IMG/VR virus record: IMGVR_UViG_3300036715_002050
Span: 64,001-128,000 of that record
From: a virus
Length of the DNA stretch: 64,000 nucleotides
Reading direction: 5' to 3' (one strand)
Every line of letters starts with the position of its first letter. The stretch's first letter is position 1. Under the pieces are notes generated by a model. That model was not told where the DNA came from. It did no database searches and saw only the letters and a program-made list of their open reading frames with translations. A program made the position numbers and the translations under genes. Positions 47,601 to 59,193 of the stretch are shown here, one piece after another.

Positions 47601-48753
47601 TGGGTATCGTTTGTTGGGCAGTCGGGCACCGCTGGGATATTGACACCTTGTCCTTGGTGTTGCAACCTATAAACATCGTTGACCAATTGCAAGACACACC
47701 CGTCGATACAGACTTGGTTCAAAAATGTTTTATATCTTGTGCCCGGTGCGCAGAATTTTGCACATGGACTGCCACAACCAGAATCAAAATTAACATAACG
47801 TGTAGCAAGCTACCCAAGGAGAGTAAAGATGGCTGACGTAAAGCATACCGTACACTCTGTAGAAGCGTTCGGTAACGAAGAGACTGGATTTGATATTACT
47901 CAAGTACATGGGTCCAAGGGCACCGTGGATATTGACGGGCTGACCGACGACGAAATCTTGGTGGAGTTGTCCAAGAAAGAATTGCTGTTTGGACACCCCA
48001 AGTGCTATGTCATCCAGCATACCGAACGTGGTATGGAAGTGTTGGATTGCTTGACGGGTGAGCCGGAAAGTTTGATTGTTGCTTCGGAGCCCGGCGACAC
48101 ACATCATTGAGCATAGTTAACCAGCCCGGGGCATCCGCCCCGGGCTTTTTATTGGACGGACCATGAGCGATTTTGCCAACAAACATTTCAACGATAAAGA
48201 AACACGCTGCGGGATTTGTCGCCACTACAAAGGTGCTCCCGACGTGTGCAAGGCATGCACCCACTTGCGTGATTTGCTGGGGCCAGAAGAATTCAAGCAC
48301 TTGTTGCTGCTCATGCGATCAATCGCACACGAATCTTCACGTACAAAGAGGTGTTAGCTATGCCCCTGATCAAAGACCACACGATTCCGCGTACGGACGC
48401 GACCCCGATGTATGTGTTGGAAATGTTCAACGACCAAACGTCGCCCAACGAATACGTGATCTACGTGTCTGAGTGCAGCGTGTGGGGAAGTAAAACCCAC
48501 TTGGAATCCGTGCATTGCTACAATGCCACCGAGCGGGACTACTTGTGGGACAAGATGATCGCCAAGTATAGTTCGGTAGTGCCCGAGCCCGAAAAAAGTT
48601 ACAAGTTGGTGTGGAACTATTGTGACCAATCCGAGCCCGGAGTATTCCCTACACGAAAAGGGCGGGCGTACACAGAAGTCGTAGAATCAACAGACCCACG
48701 ACCCGCTGTAAAGATGGTGTAAGTGACTGCCACACAACCAAAGGATAAACACA

Positions 48754-49170
48754 ATGGAACTAAAAGACTTGGAAAACTTGTCGGGTGAAGAGTTGCAACG
48801 GGTGCTGGGGGTGTTGGCTCGTGGCAAGTATGAACTGGTGCGATGTGTGGATGCGGATTCGCCCGACACGATTGCCCGCATGATTTTCAGTGCTTTGTTG
48901 GGTACAGAATACGCCGAACAAAAGACCCCGACGTTGTACAAGTGCCGCGCGACGTTTGCGGGCTTTGACGCACAAACCAACCAGCCCCGTTCCGTCGTAG
49001 AAGAACTGCCGGACCAACTGACGCTGGGCGATTGGCTGTGCGAGCTAGCCCGATGGCAGGCTCGCTACGTCACCGTGGATGGCGTGGTAACGCCGATGGA
49101 CGCCATGGTGACAGACCAGTCGCCCCGCCCCCACATCTACGCCCAGTCGGCTCCACCGGGCGCTAATTGA
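48754..49170 (+). CDS. Hypothetical protein
   Basis: AAGGA RBS. Confidence 0.6.
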   Translation: MELKDLENLSGEELQRVLGVLARGKYELVRCVDADSPDTIARMIFSALLGTEYAEQKTPTLYKCRATFAGFDAQTNQPRSVVEELPDQLTLGDWLCELARWQARYVTVDGVVTPMDAMVTDQSPRPHIYAQSAPPGAN

Positions 49171-49274
49171 CCGGCGGTGGGGAACCCCACCCCTTGACTC
49201 CCACCCCACAACGTGACACAGTGCCTCTTGGGTCCACCGACCAAGAGGTTTTGTCGTTACTACCGGGATACCAC

Positions 49275-49682
49275 ATGCTCGCTCAAGCTATTGCCGAAGC
49301 CATCCGCGCCGCTTCCAAGTCCACCCACTCCACCTTCTTTCACGGGTGCGCCGTCGTTGAAGCCAACACCGTTGTGGCTGTGGGCCACAACATCGCCTTC
49401 GGTGAGCACGCAGAGGTCAACGCTATCTCCCGCATCCACCCCGCCTATCGCAAGGGCAAGACCTTGTACGTTGCTCGTGTTACCAAGGGGGGCAAGTTGG
49501 CCTCGTCTCGTCCCTGTTCTGCATGCCAATCTTCCTTGTACCACTTGTGCGGCATCCGCCGCGTCTATTTTTCGCAATCGGACGGCTCGTGGGGTTTCGT
49601 TAAGTTGAACGGGATCTACCAGCCCGGTGAAGACTGGCCGGGCGAGGTGTTGGACGTAATGGGGATCAAAAACGGGAACTAA
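49275..49682 (+). CDS. Zn-dependent cytidine/deoxycytidylate-type deaminase
   Basis: HAE and PCSAC motifs. Confidence 0.82.
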   Translation: MLAQAIAEAIRAASKSTHSTFFHGCAVVEANTVVAVGHNIAFGEHAEVNAISRIHPAYRKGKTLYVARVTKGGKLASSRPCSACQSSLYHLCGIRRVYFSQSDGSWGFVKLNGIYQPGEDWPGEVLDVMGIKNGN

Positions 49683-49867
49683 CATGACCGACAAAAAAGA
49701 CGGACCCAATATAGTTGTGACTTGGGAAACCGAACCTGCTTTTGACGAAAAGGCTTACAAAGAAGTACAAGAAGAAGTTCGTAAACGCAAGTCCGAACAA
49801 GAGATCGCCGATTACGAGCTGTATTTGGTGTTGCACAAACGCTTTGGCAATCGCAAGAGGTAACAAA

Positions 49868-50740
49868 ATGTCCGGTGAACTGTTGTGCATTACGCCAGAA
49901 ATCACTTTTGCCAGCAAGATCCCGCTGGATCATTGCCCGACTATCATGATGTTGCACGCGCGGTTGGAGTTAGCTCAAGCTCGGTTTGATATCCACAAAA
50001 CACCGAATGGGTGGCGGTACCCGCCCAGCACTTATTGCTTAAGTGCTGGGCCCAGTCTGTTGACGGACGTGCTGTTGCGGGAAGATCTAGCGCGGGCTTA
50101 CCCCACCGCATCATACGCCAAGGAGTTGGCTGAGCGCAAGCGGCTACCCGAAGACCAACGGCTCGTCCACGAAGCTGTTTGTGTGTTGCATGCGCAAGCC
50201 GACAAACAAGCGGAGGAAATGGAAAAGACATTGGTTGCTGCTCAAACGTTGATGAAGCGGGAAGTGCCGGTACACATTGAAGATGCAGTCAACAACATTG
50301 TTGTGCCGCGACCGGCATCCCGTAAAACTTTAGCAATAAAGGCCGAAAACATGCGCATGGAAAATCAGCAAGTAAAAATCGACATGTTCACCAAGTACGT
50401 GGAAGAACAACTGCGTGAAGCTGTGCAGATGGGCTGGACTTCTTGTGAACTCATCACTACTCCCTTCCGATATGAGTCCTTGTCGGACGAATGGCTGCAC
50501 ATGTTGGCTTGCATGGTGTACCGGTTCCGCAACGAAGGGTTCCGGGTCGAACTTAGAATGTCACGTTATGGCATGGACCGGATCGATACGTTCAACGTGG
50601 ATTGGGGCACCCCTAAGCCGCGAACCAAGTGGACCGGCTGGTGGGAAGACTTGGGGTTGTGGTGGAATTTCACGCCGCTATTTAAATACATGCGGAAAAA
50701 TTTCAAGTCGATTGAACCCGATACCTCCCGGACAACATGA
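49868..50740 (+). CDS. Hypothetical protein
   Basis: GAGG RBS and ATG at 49868. Confidence 0.65.
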   Translation: MSGELLCITPEITFASKIPLDHCPTIMMLHARLELAQARFDIHKTPNGWRYPPSTYCLSAGPSLLTDVLLREDLARAYPTASYAKELAERKRLPEDQRLVHEAVCVLHAQADKQAEEMEKTLVAAQTLMKREVPVHIEDAVNNIVVPRPASRKTLAIKAENMRMENQQVKIDMFTKYVEEQLREAVQMGWTSCELITTPFRYESLSDEWLHMLACMVYRFRNEGFRVELRMSRYGMDRIDTFNVDWGTPKPRTKWTGWWEDLGLWWNFTPLFKYMRKNFKSIEPDTSRTT

Positions 50741-50897
50741 TACGTCCCACAAACTTTGTTGTCTAGTCCCCTTGACACCTTTTCCGGGTTTTTGTAAACT
50801 GCTGTCGTCCGTCCGCCCCAAGGCGGCTGCGAGTACGACCACCAACAACACCCCCCCCTTTGGCCCCACAACCGACGAACACACAAACGAGGTCCAT

Positions 50898-51371
50898 ATG
50901 TCTATGACGTTAAGAAAAGTGATTAACAGAATGTTTTTACCCTTGGGATACGTATTGGAAACTTATGATACCGGGGCGGTGGTACTGGGAAATGATTTAT
51001 TGGATGACGGTTTAAATCACGAAGCGGCTTTGTTGGATTCCGGTTGGGTATTACGTTACGATGTTTATCGGTTGCGGAGCCAAGACGGCGACTATTCTCC
51101 ACGCGAAACCTTGATGGAAGGAGAGTTCGTGGTTGCTATGGAACACCCGCTGGGCGACGAAATCCAGTTCCACGCCTTGGCTTTGCAACTGTTTGGCTTG
51201 AGCGATACGCCCCCGTGGGGCACCGAGTTGACACCGCCCCCAGAATTGGTTATAGTCCGTGACGCAATCATGCAGGACCCGGTGACAATGTCGGTACTGT
51301 TCAACGGCATCGATTATCCGTTGGAATTCCAATCGCGGGACGGTACACCGGTAGCACGAACCGTCCCCTAA
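50898..51371 (+). CDS. Hypothetical protein
   Basis: GAGG RBS; upstream TTGACA promoter at ~50772. Confidence 0.6.
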   Translation: MSMTLRKVINRMFLPLGYVLETYDTGAVVLGNDLLDDGLNHEAALLDSGWVLRYDVYRLRSQDGDYSPRETLMEGEFVVAMEHPLGDEIQFHALALQLFGLSDTPPWGTELTPPPELVIVRDAIMQDPVTMSVLFNGIDYPLEFQSRDGTPVARTVP

Positions 51372-51435
51372 GCGTGTAAGTTGTTTGTGTGTCAAAAGCA
51401 GTCAAAAGCAGTCAACCCTAACCCAAGGAAGTGCT

Positions 51436-53637
51436 ATGCGTAAGAATGATTTGTCGATGCCGGAAGCCGTTACTATCCCAGACCTGAACTTTTCGTTCAC
51501 CGAAGGTGGTTCGGTGACTTATAGTGGCATCGTGGCGTTGATGGCTCAAAATGCTTTTCGTGACGGTGAAGTCTTGTATGGCTATGCGTCACCCACCGAA
51601 GACGAAAACTTTTTCATCCCTCCGGACAAGCAGCCGTTGTTCGAAGAGATTGTGCGTGAAATCGTGGATCGACTAAGCATGGAGCGTGTCGACGGGGACA
51701 TCGGAATCACGCCTGATGGGAAGTTTGCGCGCGAAGACGGCATGCAACGTTTGTACATGTCGGACACGTCCGTGCTGAACGTTTCGGTCTACGTCCGCGG
51801 GACATCGTTGCAGGCCCAAACGTCCTTCTATTCGACCGACCCAGATCTGGGGCACGTGTTCGAAAAGCTCGTGCAGTTTTACAAGCTAAACCAGAAGCCC
51901 ATCCCGCCGCCCGAGCCGGAGCGTGAAGGGTCGGTGTATTGCTTGGTGACGACTCGTTCGGGTATGTCGTTCAAGGACATTGGCTCGATCTACATGCCGT
52001 TTGAGCCGAAGAACTACCCGGCAGACGTGGTGGCGGACTACGAATTCGTGGTCAAGGATATCGCATCCGTCATGCCTAATGGGCGCTTAGCGTTGATGGC
52101 GTCGGAGCCGGGTTGTGGGAAGTGCTGGGGGCGTGATACGGAAATTCTGATGCACGACGGGTCCATCAAGAAAGTCCAAGACATTGTTGCGGGCGAATTC
52201 GTAATGGGCCCCGACTCTACGCCACGCCGGGTTTTACGCACCAATACTGGGACAGGTCCCTTGTTCAAGATCGTGCCCACCAAGGGGCAGCCGTGGATTT
52301 GCAACGACGTCCACGTGTTGACTTTGGTCAGCAATGACGCCAAGTCAAAAGATGGGATCATCGACATTCCGTTAAATGAATATTTGACAAAGACGGATGC
52401 TTTCAAGCATCACCACAAACTTTTCCGCGTGCCCGTAACTTTTCCTGTGCAAGAGAAGTTGCCACTAGACCCATACTTCTTAGGATTGTGGTTTGGAGAT
52501 GGTACGAAAGACCTGAAAAGTGTGGGGATCTCCAAGCCTGACCGAGAAGTGTTGGATACGTGCCGTTCAATCGCTAAACAATTTGGTCTAGTTATTTCGA
52601 CTTCTATCTCGTCTAATGGATGCCCGACCCATCGCTTGGCTCAGGAAGAGTTGACTCGTTCGACGCCAAACAAGCTTGCACAGTTACTCAAGTCTGTTGT
52701 GGGAGAAGGCATTAACGTTCCACAAAAGTATTTGACTGCCTCTACCGAAGAACGTTTGGAATTCTTGGCCGGTTGGTTGGATTCAGACGGAGCGCTGTGT
52801 GGAACAAACTGTTACGACTTCATCCAGAAGCGCAAGGATTATTCGGACGCGGTTGCTTTCTTGGCGCGCTCAGTTGGGTTGGCTGCTTACGTGACTGAAT
52901 GCGAAAAGACTTGCCAAAACGACTTTACCGGTACATACTACCGTGTATCGATTTCTGGTGACACCTCAATTATCCCCATGAGAATTCCGCGCAAGATGGC
53001 TGCAATGCGTCAACAGATCAAAAGCGCGCTGCGCACGGGATTCGAAGTAGAGTCTATCGGTGACGGCGAATACTTTGGGTTCACGTTGGAAGGAGATGGG
53101 CGTTTGGTCATGGGTGACTTCACCGTGGGTCACAACACCAAGATGATTGAGTCCATCATCTACAACGCGCGTAACGACGCGGTGATCCCGATCTTTGTTC
53201 CTGCGCACGAAGTAGAGCACGTTGGGTCGCCGGACTTCTTGCGTGCGTTGATGGAGTTGAATGGCTCACGTAAGCTGATCGTGCTGGAGGACGCGGACTT
53301 GGCCTTGACCAAGCGCAAGAAGGGCACGCCCGGTGCGGACTTGAAGTCCATCGCCGCTCTGTTGAACTTGACGGACGGTATCTTGGGTAACACGTTAGAC
53401 TTGTACTTCTTGGTAACGACCAACGCGGAATTGCCCGAGCTAGATCCGGCCATTACCCGCCCGGGGCGTCTGTCCAAGTTGATTGCACCCAAGAAGCTGA
53501 CGGCTGTGGAAGCCGAAGAGTGCTTCTTGCACCACACCGAAACCCACCGCACTTTTAGCGAGCCGATGACGCTGGCGGCGGTGTACGAACAAATCCGTGC
53601 TCATCGCGCCAAGCAGTTGGTGTTGCCCGTAGAATAA
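51436..53637 (+). CDS. AAA+ ATPase interrupted by an intein
   Basis: Walker A EPGCGK|T, Walker B IVLEDAD, LLNLTDG, TTN, DPAITRPGR. Confidence 0.88.
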   Translation: MRKNDLSMPEAVTIPDLNFSFTEGGSVTYSGIVALMAQNAFRDGEVLYGYASPTEDENFFIPPDKQPLFEEIVREIVDRLSMERVDGDIGITPDGKFAREDGMQRLYMSDTSVLNVSVYVRGTSLQAQTSFYSTDPDLGHVFEKLVQFYKLNQKPIPPPEPEREGSVYCLVTTRSGMSFKDIGSIYMPFEPKNYPADVVADYEFVVKDIASVMPNGRLALMASEPGCGKCWGRDTEILMHDGSIKKVQDIVAGEFVMGPDSTPRRVLRTNTGTGPLFKIVPTKGQPWICNDVHVLTLVSNDAKSKDGIIDIPLNEYLTKTDAFKHHHKLFRVPVTFPVQEKLPLDPYFLGLWFGDGTKDLKSVGISKPDREVLDTCRSIAKQFGLVISTSISSNGCPTHRLAQEELTRSTPNKLAQLLKSVVGEGINVPQKYLTASTEERLEFLAGWLDSDGALCGTNCYDFIQKRKDYSDAVAFLARSVGLAAYVTECEKTCQNDFTGTYYRVSISGDTSIIPMRIPRKMAAMRQQIKSALRTGFEVESIGDGEYFGFTLEGDGRLVMGDFTVGHNTKMIESIIYNARNDAVIPIFVPAHEVEHVGSPDFLRALMELNGSRKLIVLEDADLALTKRKKGTPGADLKSIAALLNLTDGILGNTLDLYFLVTTNAELPELDPAITRPGRLSKLIAPKKLTAVEAEECFLHHTETHRTFSEPMTLAAVYEQIRAHRAKQLVLPVE
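52123..53136 (+). mobile_element. Intein with LAGLIDADG homing endonuclease (338 aa)
   Basis: Starts CWGRDT, ends VGHN before Thr; LGLWFGDG and LAGWLDSDG. Confidence 0.92.
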
Positions 53638-54862
53638 GTTGGCGTCCAAGGAGGGTCGATGACGATTGAGTATTCTAAGACATGGTCTGGACAAGACAAT
53701 TCGTCACCTTTGTGGGATGATGGGCATTGGGGGTGGATAGTCGACGATGATGCTGGACAAGTTCCATGGGAAGGAAACATGCGCCCTGCCGGTGACAAGC
53801 GATTCGACTTGAACCGTGCGATGAATTGCGTGGACGCGTATGGTGAAGTGTGTCTGTCCGATACCTCTTTTGTAAAGGTGACCGATGAGTAATCCCAAAG
53901 CCGCGTGGCCGCCCGCATCGGCGCCGCCCAAAGAACAACAGGAGCGGTCAGTTCGTGTAGATCGTGCCAACCAATATTGGTTGATAAGCCGCCGCGGCGC
54001 GCCACATGTGGGTCACCAAACCAAGACAGAACAACTCATGGGCTCGTGGTGGGTGAAGTTTCACGGTGGCGCGCCGGAACGTATCGATTGGTACGACCGG
54101 CAAGAGCGGTCGACGGTTGACACAATGGATTTGGTGCTCGATGAATGACCTAGATGAGTTCTACGGTGCGCTCGGCAAGCAATACGTTCCGTCACCCAAA
54201 GAGTTAGACGATGATGGGCCGGACTGTTGGTGGTCAGAAGACGGGAACGACCCCACGTCCTACAAGTACGATGGGACAGATTGGAAAGCGCTGGACGACG
54301 GTGGAGCAGACGATGGTCCCGGGCGCTGTTGGTGTGAAGAAGACGAATCGGAACGTATGGCAACGCGGGCAGCCCGAAAGTTTTTGCGGACTTATTCGAT
54401 GGGAGATCCCGATGTCCTATGACTGGAACGTCCGCAAAGAGATCAAGCGCCGGGAGCATCCGTGGAATCCGACCCGGTTTTACTTGTATGATTCGGGGCC
54501 GCACCAGCCCGTGCTAGAAGCACGCGCAAGACAAACACAAAAGAATCCGGAACGAGAGGGTTGGCAATTCGGGAACACCTGGCCCTATGCGTATCACCGC
54601 ACGTGGTCCGCGCCACTACAAACACAGTACCTTGACATGGACCCGGAAGCCGACTAGGATGGTGGTCATGGGTTACACGGGATGGACCGATGAAGACCCG
54701 GAAGAAGACCGCGACCGGGGGTACAACGCTCGTCAATCCGGGAGCCAACCGGTAGAATACCAAGCGCATTTTGTGTATGATGCAACAAAATTCGGGATAG
54801 AAAATCTTAGGTCTTATTTTGGAAAATGGCAGCGCGAACACGTAGGACACGAGGAAACACAA

Positions 54863-57100
54863 ATGACTGACGCAAACAACAAGCCCGCCCCCGCCAAGAA
54901 GCTTGGGTACAACATTTCGCAAGACTCGACCTTGAACGGTCAAGTGGTTGCGTACCAGCACTTCTTGGAAAACGGGTTGGTAATCCACAAAAAGAACAAG
55001 GGCATCCACGTCCCCTACAGCCGCTTGAAGGAGTTCAATACGCAGCTAGCTAAACAACTGCAAGGCTTTGAATTGCGCATCCAAAACGGCACGTCGTCTA
55101 TGTACCAGCGCGTGGTGGAAGGTGTGCCCGGCAACGACTTTGTGTTCACGTATCGTTCCAAGGCGGAAAAGCACGTGGAAATCAATGTGACGTGCATGTC
55201 TGACCGCCCGGACTTTTCGCTGGGATTCTTGCGCCAACTGGTCAAGTTCAGGCGAGTCATCAAAGGCGACAAGTTTATTTCGCTGTTGACGATTGTCAAC
55301 GGCCAAGTGTCGTTGTCCCGTCAAAAGGTGGACGTGAAGACGTTCTCGGAGCGCCACTACAATGACACGATGATCCCGATTTACCACAAGATGATGAAAA
55401 AGGTGAACACGGGTGACGGGGTAGGGAAGATCGCGCTGTTGACGGGGTTGCCCGGAACCGCCAAGTGTCTCGGCTTGGGTACCAAGGTGATTAAGTTTGA
55501 CGGCTCTATCGTCAACGTGGAAGACGTTGTGGTTGGTGATGTGCTTATGGGTCCTGACTCTAAGCCTCGTATCGTCCAGTCCGTAAGCCGTGGCGAGTCT
55601 CCGTTGTATAAGATCGTTCCTACCAAGGGCGAATCTTGGGTGTGCAACGATGTTCACGTGCTAACTCTAGTCCATTCTACTAAAAATGAAGTGGTAGATA
55701 TTGCTCTGCCTGATTATATGTCTAGCAATAAATCGTTCAAGGAAAAGGCAAAGCTATTTCAGCCTGAAAACGGCGTGGAGTTTCAAACGTCGCAAGATAA
55801 ACTACCAATCGACCCGTACTTTGTCGGCGTGTGGCTGGGTGATGGGACTAAGCAGTTCGATGTTTCTGGGGTTAACCCGTCACGACTAAATGGCGTTCAC
55901 ATCAGTAAGCCCGACCAGGAGATCCGGGATATGTGCGCAAATGAAGCCGCAAAGTGGGGGCTTGCTCTCAACACTACTTATGGCGGTAATACTAATTCAT
56001 GCCCGACCTATCGTTTGTCAGCAGGACGTGGTCTGGGTGAACCAAAAGAAAATCGCAATCCTCTTTTGACCGAAATGCAGAAGCTATTCCCCAATCGCGT
56101 TATCCACATTCCTGCAATTTACCTACGCGCCTCTCGTGCAGAACGTCTGGAACTGTTGGCTGGGATCTTGGATACCGACGGATATTTGGGCGATAATTGT
56201 TATGAGATTTCTCAAAAGTCCGTGACGCTAGCAAATGACATTGCATTCTTGGCACGCTCCGTCGGGCTCAAGGTTACGCAGACTGTGACGACCGTAAATA
56301 AAGGACATTATACCAAAGCCCAAATCTCTGGGCATGTGGACATGATTCCTTGCCGAATCGCACGTAAGCAAGCTCAGCCGCGCAAGCAAGTCAAGAATGC
56401 CCTGCGTACCGGTTTTAAAGTGGAGTCAATTGGTGTAGGTCCTTACGCGGGGTTCACCCTGGATGGCGATGGTCGTTTCTTGCTAGGCGATTTTACGGTT
56501 ACTCACAACACTACGTTGTTGCAGGCAATTGCGCATGACTTGGACGAGGACAAGGCTATCGCGGCCTTCGTCAATCCTTGGGACTTTTCCCAAAAGTTCG
56601 ATGACAACTTTGTTATTCAGCTAGCTGACCAGTGCCGAGGCAAGAGACTGGTGCTGTTCATCGAAGACTCGGAAGCCATCATCGGGCCCCGCAATGACGG
56701 CAACTCCGGCCACGTGTCGCGTCTGCTGAACTTGACGGACGGGATTTTGGGCAAGATTTTGGACATCTTCGTGGTGTGCACAGCCAACCAGCGCCAAGTG
56801 GATATCGACTCGGCTTTGACGCGCGCTGGGCGCTGCTTGGTTAACGTGGAAGTGCTGCCACTGGAGCGTGAAAAGGCCAATGGGCTGTACTGGTTTGAGC
56901 GCGACCAACTGTGCAAGAAGCATGGTTTGGAGTGCGTGACCCCCACGGACGAGAAAGCTTTCAACGCGGTTTTTAAGGACGAGGCCACCGTAGCCGAAGT
57001 GTACCAGCGCTTCTATGATGACACCGCCCGCACCGTCGAAGACTCGCTGGGGCAAACCGTCACCACCAAGAAGAAGGGCAAGATGGGGTTTGGGTCGTGA
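54863..57100 (+). CDS. AAA+ ATPase paralogue interrupted by an intein
   Basis: GLPGTAK|T, LFIEDSE, LLNLTDG, TAN, DSALTRAGR, C-terminal MGF; GAGG RBS at 54863. Confidence 0.88.
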   Translation: MTDANNKPAPAKKLGYNISQDSTLNGQVVAYQHFLENGLVIHKKNKGIHVPYSRLKEFNTQLAKQLQGFELRIQNGTSSMYQRVVEGVPGNDFVFTYRSKAEKHVEINVTCMSDRPDFSLGFLRQLVKFRRVIKGDKFISLLTIVNGQVSLSRQKVDVKTFSERHYNDTMIPIYHKMMKKVNTGDGVGKIALLTGLPGTAKCLGLGTKVIKFDGSIVNVEDVVVGDVLMGPDSKPRIVQSVSRGESPLYKIVPTKGESWVCNDVHVLTLVHSTKNEVVDIALPDYMSSNKSFKEKAKLFQPENGVEFQTSQDKLPIDPYFVGVWLGDGTKQFDVSGVNPSRLNGVHISKPDQEIRDMCANEAAKWGLALNTTYGGNTNSCPTYRLSAGRGLGEPKENRNPLLTEMQKLFPNRVIHIPAIYLRASRAERLELLAGILDTDGYLGDNCYEISQKSVTLANDIAFLARSVGLKVTQTVTTVNKGHYTKAQISGHVDMIPCRIARKQAQPRKQVKNALRTGFKVESIGVGPYAGFTLDGDGRFLLGDFTVTHNTTLLQAIAHDLDEDKAIAAFVNPWDFSQKFDDNFVIQLADQCRGKRLVLFIEDSEAIIGPRNDGNSGHVSRLLNLTDGILGKILDIFVVCTANQRQVDIDSALTRAGRCLVNVEVLPLEREKANGLYWFERDQLCKKHGLECVTPTDEKAFNAVFKDEATVAEVYQRFYDDTARTVEDSLGQTVTTKKKGKMGFGS
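55466..56509 (+). mobile_element. Intein with LAGLIDADG homing endonuclease (348 aa)
   Basis: Starts CLGLGT, ends VTHN before Thr; VGVWLGDG and LAGILDTDG. Confidence 0.92.
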
Positions 57101-57537
57101 TCTACAAGCTAGGTGACGATTGGTCCGGCAAAAAGCACACGTTAGAAAGTGCCACCAAACGCTTGGAAGACCTAGGGAATCTGGAACAAGGGTGGTATGG
57201 TCACGACTCATACCCCGGTTTAGCTATCCAACCCGAATATATCAAATACGGGTTGAAGTTATTGACGGCGCTAAGGGGGGCTGGGTGCAACTTGCCGTCG
57301 TTGTTTCCTGGCATCGAAGGCTCCTTGATCTTGGAATGGATGGATTCACGGATCAATTTTGACATCGAAGTAACGTTCGAAGGTGCGGTTTTGCACACAT
57401 TTGCACTGGCACCCGAAGACGACCGTGAGTTGTATGAAAAGCTGGACCCATCGCCTAAAGTAGCCGCCGTCCGTGTGCAAGAGATAATGGAAAAAGTGTG
57501 CAAGGAGTGGCTGCCATGTCCAACCCCGTCACCCTAG
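57097..57537 (+). CDS. Hypothetical protein
   Basis: Overlaps the ATPase stop codon; P.LFP..EG.L.LEW motif. Confidence 0.6.
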   Translation: MIYKLGDDWSGKKHTLESATKRLEDLGNLEQGWYGHDSYPGLAIQPEYIKYGLKLLTALRGAGCNLPSLFPGIEGSLILEWMDSRINFDIEVTFEGAVLHTFALAPEDDRELYEKLDPSPKVAAVRVQEIMEKVCKEWLPCPTPSP

Positions 57538-57714
57538 AAGACGTACGCCGGGTCCTCAAGACCGGCGCTATGTCGGGTAAAGAAATCGCCATCGCTTTGG
57601 GAGCAGACACCCTACGGGCAAGCGCTTTGTCTGATTTGTTGCTGGACGCCCTGTTGCACGGGCGCTTGCTGTGTACATGGGACGGCAAAATCTGTTTGCG
57701 GAAGGAATGATCGA

Positions 57715-58266
57715 ATGGGCTATGAAAATTTGCTTAGTAGTGATTCGATAGAGTGGTCCACAGACCCGCGTGTTTTTGCATCTTTGAATAAAGAGTTCGC
57801 GTTTACGTTAGACCCGTGTTGCACGGCACAAAACGCCACTTGTACCAAGTTCTATACTAAAGAGCAAGACGGTCTGAAGCAGTCTTGGGCTAAAGAAACA
57901 GTTTTTATGAATCCGCCATACGGCAACGCTAAGCAGCCTTGCCAAAAGAATTGCCGCAAGAAAGGTTGTGCAAAACGCGGGTATCACCAACTCGTATATG
58001 AACCCGGAATCCAAGACTGGATCAAGAAAGCCATCCGCGAAGCTTGGGTCGGCCAAGCTACCGTAGTAATGCTTATTCCAGCCCGTACAGAAACCAAGTG
58101 GTTTGGATTATTTACAGATTTAGCTTCGGAAATCCGTTTTTATAAAGGGCGACTCCGTTTTGGTGGAATGGGTAGTGTAGCACCATTCCCTTCGGCAGCG
58201 GTGGTCTTGACTCCGACCGGTCCTATGACTAAGATGCCGGTGGTGCGTTGGGTGCGTCCGTGGTAA
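57715..58266 (+). CDS. Phage DNA N6-adenine methyltransferase (Dam family)
   Basis: EWSTD, FTLDPC, DGLKQSW, FMNPPY, MLIPART, GRLRF. Confidence 0.9.
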   Translation: MGYENLLSSDSIEWSTDPRVFASLNKEFAFTLDPCCTAQNATCTKFYTKEQDGLKQSWAKETVFMNPPYGNAKQPCQKNCRKKGCAKRGYHQLVYEPGIQDWIKKAIREAWVGQATVVMLIPARTETKWFGLFTDLASEIRFYKGRLRFGGMGSVAPFPSAAVVLTPTGPMTKMPVVRWVRPW

Positions 58267-59193
58267 AGCGCGGACGCTCTTATTTTCGAGGCGGTCTTGG
58301 GAACAACAAAGAACACAAAGATTGTGGCTTGACCAACAAATTGGGTTTTATATTGACACAAAAACCGCTCAAGGCACTTATCGACAGTGCTTTCTAGAAA
58401 GCACACCAGAACAGTCCGACATACACGACAACAAAGATTTTGTAGTGTCATCTTACAGAATGGATTTGTGGCCTTGGAATTCGTGGGAAGACCGTTACAA
58501 TGATCCCAAAAAGGTTTTTTGTTATGAATTCGTTCCACGCATACGCCACTTTGGACCAGACGTAGTTTACAGAGAAGACTTACCGGAGGATTAAAATGAC
58601 TTTGTTAGAGCAACTGTTCAAGCATAACGTAGATAAGCTATTGGAAGCAGGCAGTTTGAAGCCGACGACCAAGCTGACGCAAATCCGACCAGAAACGTGT
58701 ACGGTAGAGTTCGAGTGGGTGGTGGCAGACAACGACGTGGAGTACGTGCGGGCATTAGCCAAGGTAAGCGATCCCAAGAAGATCGTGTTGGCGGCTATGG
58801 TACCCGGGCCCGGATTGGTTGCGCACTTTTCGTTGGAAACGTGGAAAGAAATGTTGGAGATGTAAAAAGGAGCGCCATGCCTTGTCGATCTGGAGATGAG
58901 TGTTGGTCTTGCGGTCATAGTCCGAGTGATACTACGTCCCGGGCGCAAGTGGATACTGCTTCTTTCCACGTCTGCCCTACGATTGACCGCACCAAGTACG
59001 TAGACGAGTGGATGTTTTGTGAAGCAATGGCCAAGCTAGAAGAGGCCGAATGGGCTACCTTGGTTGATGACCGGGGCACGTGGCCCATGTTGAAGGCGCG
59101 GTTGTACCCGACCGAAGTGGCCGGGCTGCGGGCGCTGGTGCAATACTTGAACGACCTGTTAGAGCACGAACGCGACGAAATGGAGTGGGACAA

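Noticed and set aside
54587-54862. N-terminal extension of the second ATPase in the ORF track
   Set aside because: The best RBS is at 54863 and the extension overlaps an upstream gene.
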